From contig JAYOTF010000034.1 of the NCBI GenBank assembly GCA_038150265.1, positions 1 to 30,996 of the forward strand: 30,996 nucleotides of DNA. Reading direction: 5' to 3'. The stretch's first letter is position 1, and every line of letters starts with the position of its first letter. A model generated the notes under the pieces. That model saw only the letters and a list, made by a program, of their open reading frames with translations. It did not search any database and was not told the DNA's origin. The translations under genes were made by a program, and so were the position numbers. Positions 28,192 through 30,996 of this stretch are shown here, in pieces. The stretch is from Deltaproteobacteria bacterium (GTDB lineage Bacteria; SAR324; NAC60-12).

Positions 28192-28973
28192 GTTACGAGA
28201 CTCTGTTATTTGACCAAAAAGCGGGCTATGCCGTTGTGACGCTCAACCGTCCGGACCGCCTCAACTCCTTCACCTCACAGATGCATGAGGAACTGCGGGA
28301 CGCGGTTTCCCGGATTGAAAACGATTCCAGCATCCGGGCCATGATTCTGACAGGGGCCGGGCGGGGCTTCTGTGCCGGGCAGGACCTCAATGAACGCAAA
28401 GGGGCTGAAGAAGCGCTGGACCTGGGCAAGACGCTGGACACGAACTACAACCCGCTGGTCCGTCGGCTCCGGCAGCTGCCGATTCCGATCATTACGGCCA
28501 TCAACGGCATTGCTGCAGGCGCAGGCGCCAACCTGGCCCTGGCGGGAGACCTGCTGATGGCGGCCCAGTCGGCCCAGTTCATTCAGGCCTTTTGCCGCAT
28601 TGGACTGATTCCGGACTGTGGCGGGACCTTCTTCTTGCCCCGTCTCATCGGCGAAGCCAAGGCCAAGGCCCTGGCGCTGACGGGTGAGGCGATTTCGGCA
28701 GAAACAGCGGAGCGCTGGGGCCTGATCTGGAAGGTGGTGGAAGACGACGCGCTGATGCGAGAAGCCCATCAGCTGGCGGCCCACCTGGCAACGCAGCCGA
28801 CCCGGGCCCTGGCCTCCATCAAGCAGGTGATGCAGGCCTCGCTGCAAAATAACCTCGACGCTCAGCTGGATCTGGAGCGTGATGTGCAACGAGAACTGGG
28901 AACCTCTGAAGACTTCCGAGAAGGCGTCCTGGCCTTTTTGGAAAAACGCCAACCGAATTTTTCCGGACGCTGA
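28188..28973 (+). CDS. paaG: 2-(1,2-epoxy-1,2-dihydrophenyl)acetyl-CoA isomerase (crotonase fold)
   Basis: Start ATG 28188 (ATGA overlap). TLNRPDRLNSF, TGAGRGFCAGQDL, YNPLVR, NGIAAGAGANLALAGD, FIQAFCRIGLIPDCGGT (PaaG-type Asp). Confidence 0.9.
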   Translation: MSYETLLFDQKAGYAVVTLNRPDRLNSFTSQMHEELRDAVSRIENDSSIRAMILTGAGRGFCAGQDLNERKGAEEALDLGKTLDTNYNPLVRRLRQLPIPIITAINGIAAGAGANLALAGDLLMAAQSAQFIQAFCRIGLIPDCGGTFFLPRLIGEAKAKALALTGEAISAETAERWGLIWKVVEDDALMREAHQLAAHLATQPTRALASIKQVMQASLQNNLDAQLDLERDVQRELGTSEDFREGVLAFLEKRQPNFSGR

Positions 28974-28980
28974 AGCCCCT

Positions 28981-29766
28981 GTGAATCTTGAAATCCTGAG
29001 CCGGTATCCGGCTACGCCGTCGTCTTTGCCTCCGCTGGTGCTCATTCATGGCGCTTTCACGAATGCCTCCTGCTGGGAGCACTTCCTGGATTTTTTTGCT
29101 GCAGAAGGGGTGGAGGTGCATGCCCTCAGCCTCCGGGGGCACGGCTTGAGCGAGGGCTGCCTGGATGCCTCTGGGGTGCCGGATTATGTGGCTGACATCA
29201 AGCAGGTCGCGCAGTCGCTCAAGCAGCCCCCGCTGCTCGTGGGGCATTCCATGGGGGGCTACCTGGCGCAGGTGTATGCCCGCCAGGAGGAGGTCGCCGG
29301 ACTGGTGCTGATGGCATCGCTTCCGCCGTGGGGCCTGGGGATGGTGCTGGGGCACATGTCGGTGCTGTATCCGTGGGAGTGGGCCCGCTTCCTCAACTAC
29401 AGCTGGCTTCCCAGAAAGGTGGGGCTGCAGGATCCCTTCTGGCAGGTGATCCTGGGGAAGCAACCGGACCCGGCCTGGGCCGAGCGCTGGGAGCCGCAGC
29501 GAGAATCATTCCGGAGTGCTCTGGAGCTGAGTGTGCCCCTGCTGAGCCCATGGACGCAACCGGAGGTTCCGGTGCTGGTGATGGGCGCGTCCGGAGACAA
29601 GCTGATTCCCCCTCCCCTGACCCAGGCAACGGCGCGGGCGTATGACGCCGAGCTACAGTTGTTTGAAATGGAAGGACATGCCATGATGCTGGATCAGCAA
29701 TGGGGAGAAGTTGCCACCTCCTTGCGTCACTGGATGACCCGTGTCGGGAATGCCGCCGTGGCTTAA
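28981..29766 (+). CDS. Alpha/beta hydrolase (esterase/lysophospholipase-like)
   Basis: Probable GTG start at 28981. LVLIHGAF oxyanion motif, SLRGHGLS, nucleophile GHSMGG, D in GDKLIP and H in GHAMML complete a catalytic triad. Confidence 0.85.
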   Translation: MNLEILSRYPATPSSLPPLVLIHGAFTNASCWEHFLDFFAAEGVEVHALSLRGHGLSEGCLDASGVPDYVADIKQVAQSLKQPPLLVGHSMGGYLAQVYARQEEVAGLVLMASLPPWGLGMVLGHMSVLYPWEWARFLNYSWLPRKVGLQDPFWQVILGKQPDPAWAERWEPQRESFRSALELSVPLLSPWTQPEVPVLVMGASGDKLIPPPLTQATARAYDAELQLFEMEGHAMMLDQQWGEVATSLRHWMTRVGNAAVA

Positions 29767-29834
29767 GGATTGATCATTCGTGGCGTTCATGAAATAAGTA
29801 AGCCCCAAAGCGCTAACTTGCCCAAGGATGATTC

Positions 29835-30996
29835 ATGAAGTTAAGACCATTCCTCTCCGCCTTGGTGATTGGAGTTTTGCTCTACTCCTTTCCCGCCCAA
29901 TCGGCCAGCCGCATCAACAGCACGGTTCTCAAAGGGATTGTCGATCGCTTCGTCTCCATTCACTATGCGCAGACGCCTCTGAATGATGAGATTTCGCAGA
30001 AGACTTTTCATAATTACCTGACGCGCCTGGACCCCGGACACTACTACTTCCTCGAGTCGGATGTGGCGGAGTTCCAGAAGTACGAGCTGGAGCTCGATGA
30101 CCAACTCAAGCGCGGAGATGGCAGCTTTGCCGATGTGGTCTTCTCGCGCTTCAAGACCCGCCTGTCGGAGCGGCTGGAGGCCCTGGAATCGTTTGGTCCG
30201 GATGAGTTTGACTTCAGCAAGGACGACGAGTGGCAGATCGACCGCAAGGAAGCCCCCTACCCCAAGGATGAGGCCGAAGCCGAGCAGGTGTGGCGGACGA
30301 AGGTCAAGTTTGACATGCTCACGCTCAAACTGGCCGGCAGCACGCTGGAAGAAGGTCACGAGCGCCTCGTCAAGCGCATCCGGGGCCTCTGGAAGGACTA
30401 CTCGCAGTATGACGACGACGATGTCCAGTCGATGCTCATCAACGCCCTGACGGCCGCCTACGACCCGCACTCCTCCTACCTGCCGCAGCAGGAACTCCAG
30501 ACCTTTGACATTCAGATCAAGCTTTCGCTGGAAGGCATTGGGGCGGTCCTCCGCTGGGAAGATGGCTACACGGTTGTCAACTCCATTGTTCCGGGAGGCG
30601 CTGCTGCCCGTCATGGCAAGCTCAAGGTGGAAGACCGGATCATTGCCGTGGGGCAGGGCGACGAGCCGTTTGAGAGCGTCATTGACATGCGCCTCAACGA
30701 TGTTGTGCAGCTCATCCGGGGCGAGCGTGGAACCAAGGTTCGGCTGCAGGTGCTCCGGAAGAGCGAAAAGGGCTTTGACACCCTGACCTTTGCCATCATC
30801 CGAGATCGAGTGGTGCTCAAGGACGGAGAAGCCAAGGCCGAGGTATTTAGCCCACAGGCCAACGCGGAGAAGGGCCCGGAAGCCTACCGCATCGGGGTCA
30901 TTGAGTTGCCGTCCTTTTATGTCGATTTCAACGACCGGCGCAAGAACCCCCGGAACTACAAAAGCTCGTCCCGTGACGTCATGCAGCACCTGGAGG
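29835..30996 (+). CDS. prc: Carboxy-terminal processing (tail-specific) protease, S41A, 3'-partial
   Basis: Absent from the ORF track because it has no stop in the window. Manual translation from ATG 29835 (RBS AAGGA) gives signal peptide MKLRPFLSALVIGVLLYSFPAQSA, then HYAQTPLNDEIS, YLTRLDPGHYYFL, YDPHSSYL, LSLEGIGAVL, a PDZ segment (IVPGGAA...EDRIIAVGQG...DVVQLIRGERGTKVRLQV) and IGVIELPSFYVDF. Confidence 0.92.
   Translation, partial: MKLRPFLSALVIGVLLYSFPAQSASRINSTVLKGIVDRFVSIHYAQTPLNDEISQKTFHNYLTRLDPGHYYFLESDVAEFQKYELELDDQLKRGDGSFADVVFSRFKTRLSERLEALESFGPDEFDFSKDDEWQIDRKEAPYPKDEAEAEQVWRTKVKFDMLTLKLAGSTLEEGHERLVKRIRGLWKDYSQYDDDDVQSMLINALTAAYDPHSSYLPQQELQTFDIQIKLSLEGIGAVLRWEDGYTVVNSIVPGGAAARHGKLKVEDRIIAVGQGDEPFESVIDMRLNDVVQLIRGERGTKVRLQVLRKSEKGFDTLTFAIIRDRVVLKDGEAKAEVFSPQANAEKGPEAYRIGVIELPSFYVDFNDRRKNPRNYKSSSRDVMQHLE

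Noticed and set aside
29803..29815. CCAAAGCGCT upstream of prc resembling a LacI half-site
   Set aside because: The right half is not symmetric and there is no functional rationale, so it is likely chance.
29841..30989. 382-aa minus-strand ORF
   Set aside because: It is the shadow of the plus-strand prc gene, which has clear family motifs, a signal peptide and an RBS.

Overview
High-GC (roughly 60-63%) Gram-negative bacterial window with every supported gene on the + strand, in four blocks. (1) 1-11321: the 3' ~10.5 kb of a giant, acidic surface-type protein that starts upstream of the window. It has ~25 Calx-beta/cadherin-like modules of ~125-155 aa and is packed with D-N-x-S/T motifs. A small membrane-anchored or secreted protein with the same module type follows 3 nt after its stop. 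(2) 11607-24937: an alpha-glucoside/glycogen operon with a sigma70 promoter and LacI-type operator, then aglE-aglF-aglG, glgB, glgP, an AglA-like alpha-glucosidase, a YbjJ-like MFS transporter and an amylosucrase. No ABC ATPase, glgA or glgC is present. (3) 24955-29766: a phenylacetyl-CoA epoxidase cluster, paaA-B-C-D, TetR (PaaR-like), paaG and an alpha/beta hydrolase, with a PaaR-type operator and no paaE. (4) 29835-end: the 5' part of a Prc/Tsp carboxy-terminal protease that is missing from the ORF track. The most unusual signals are the sequon-saturated giant protein, a strong frame-independent excess of the palindrome TCCGGA (~70 copies by hand count), and a possible sucrose-to-glycogen route independent of ADP-glucose. 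All calls come from motif recognition by eye. No database searches were run.
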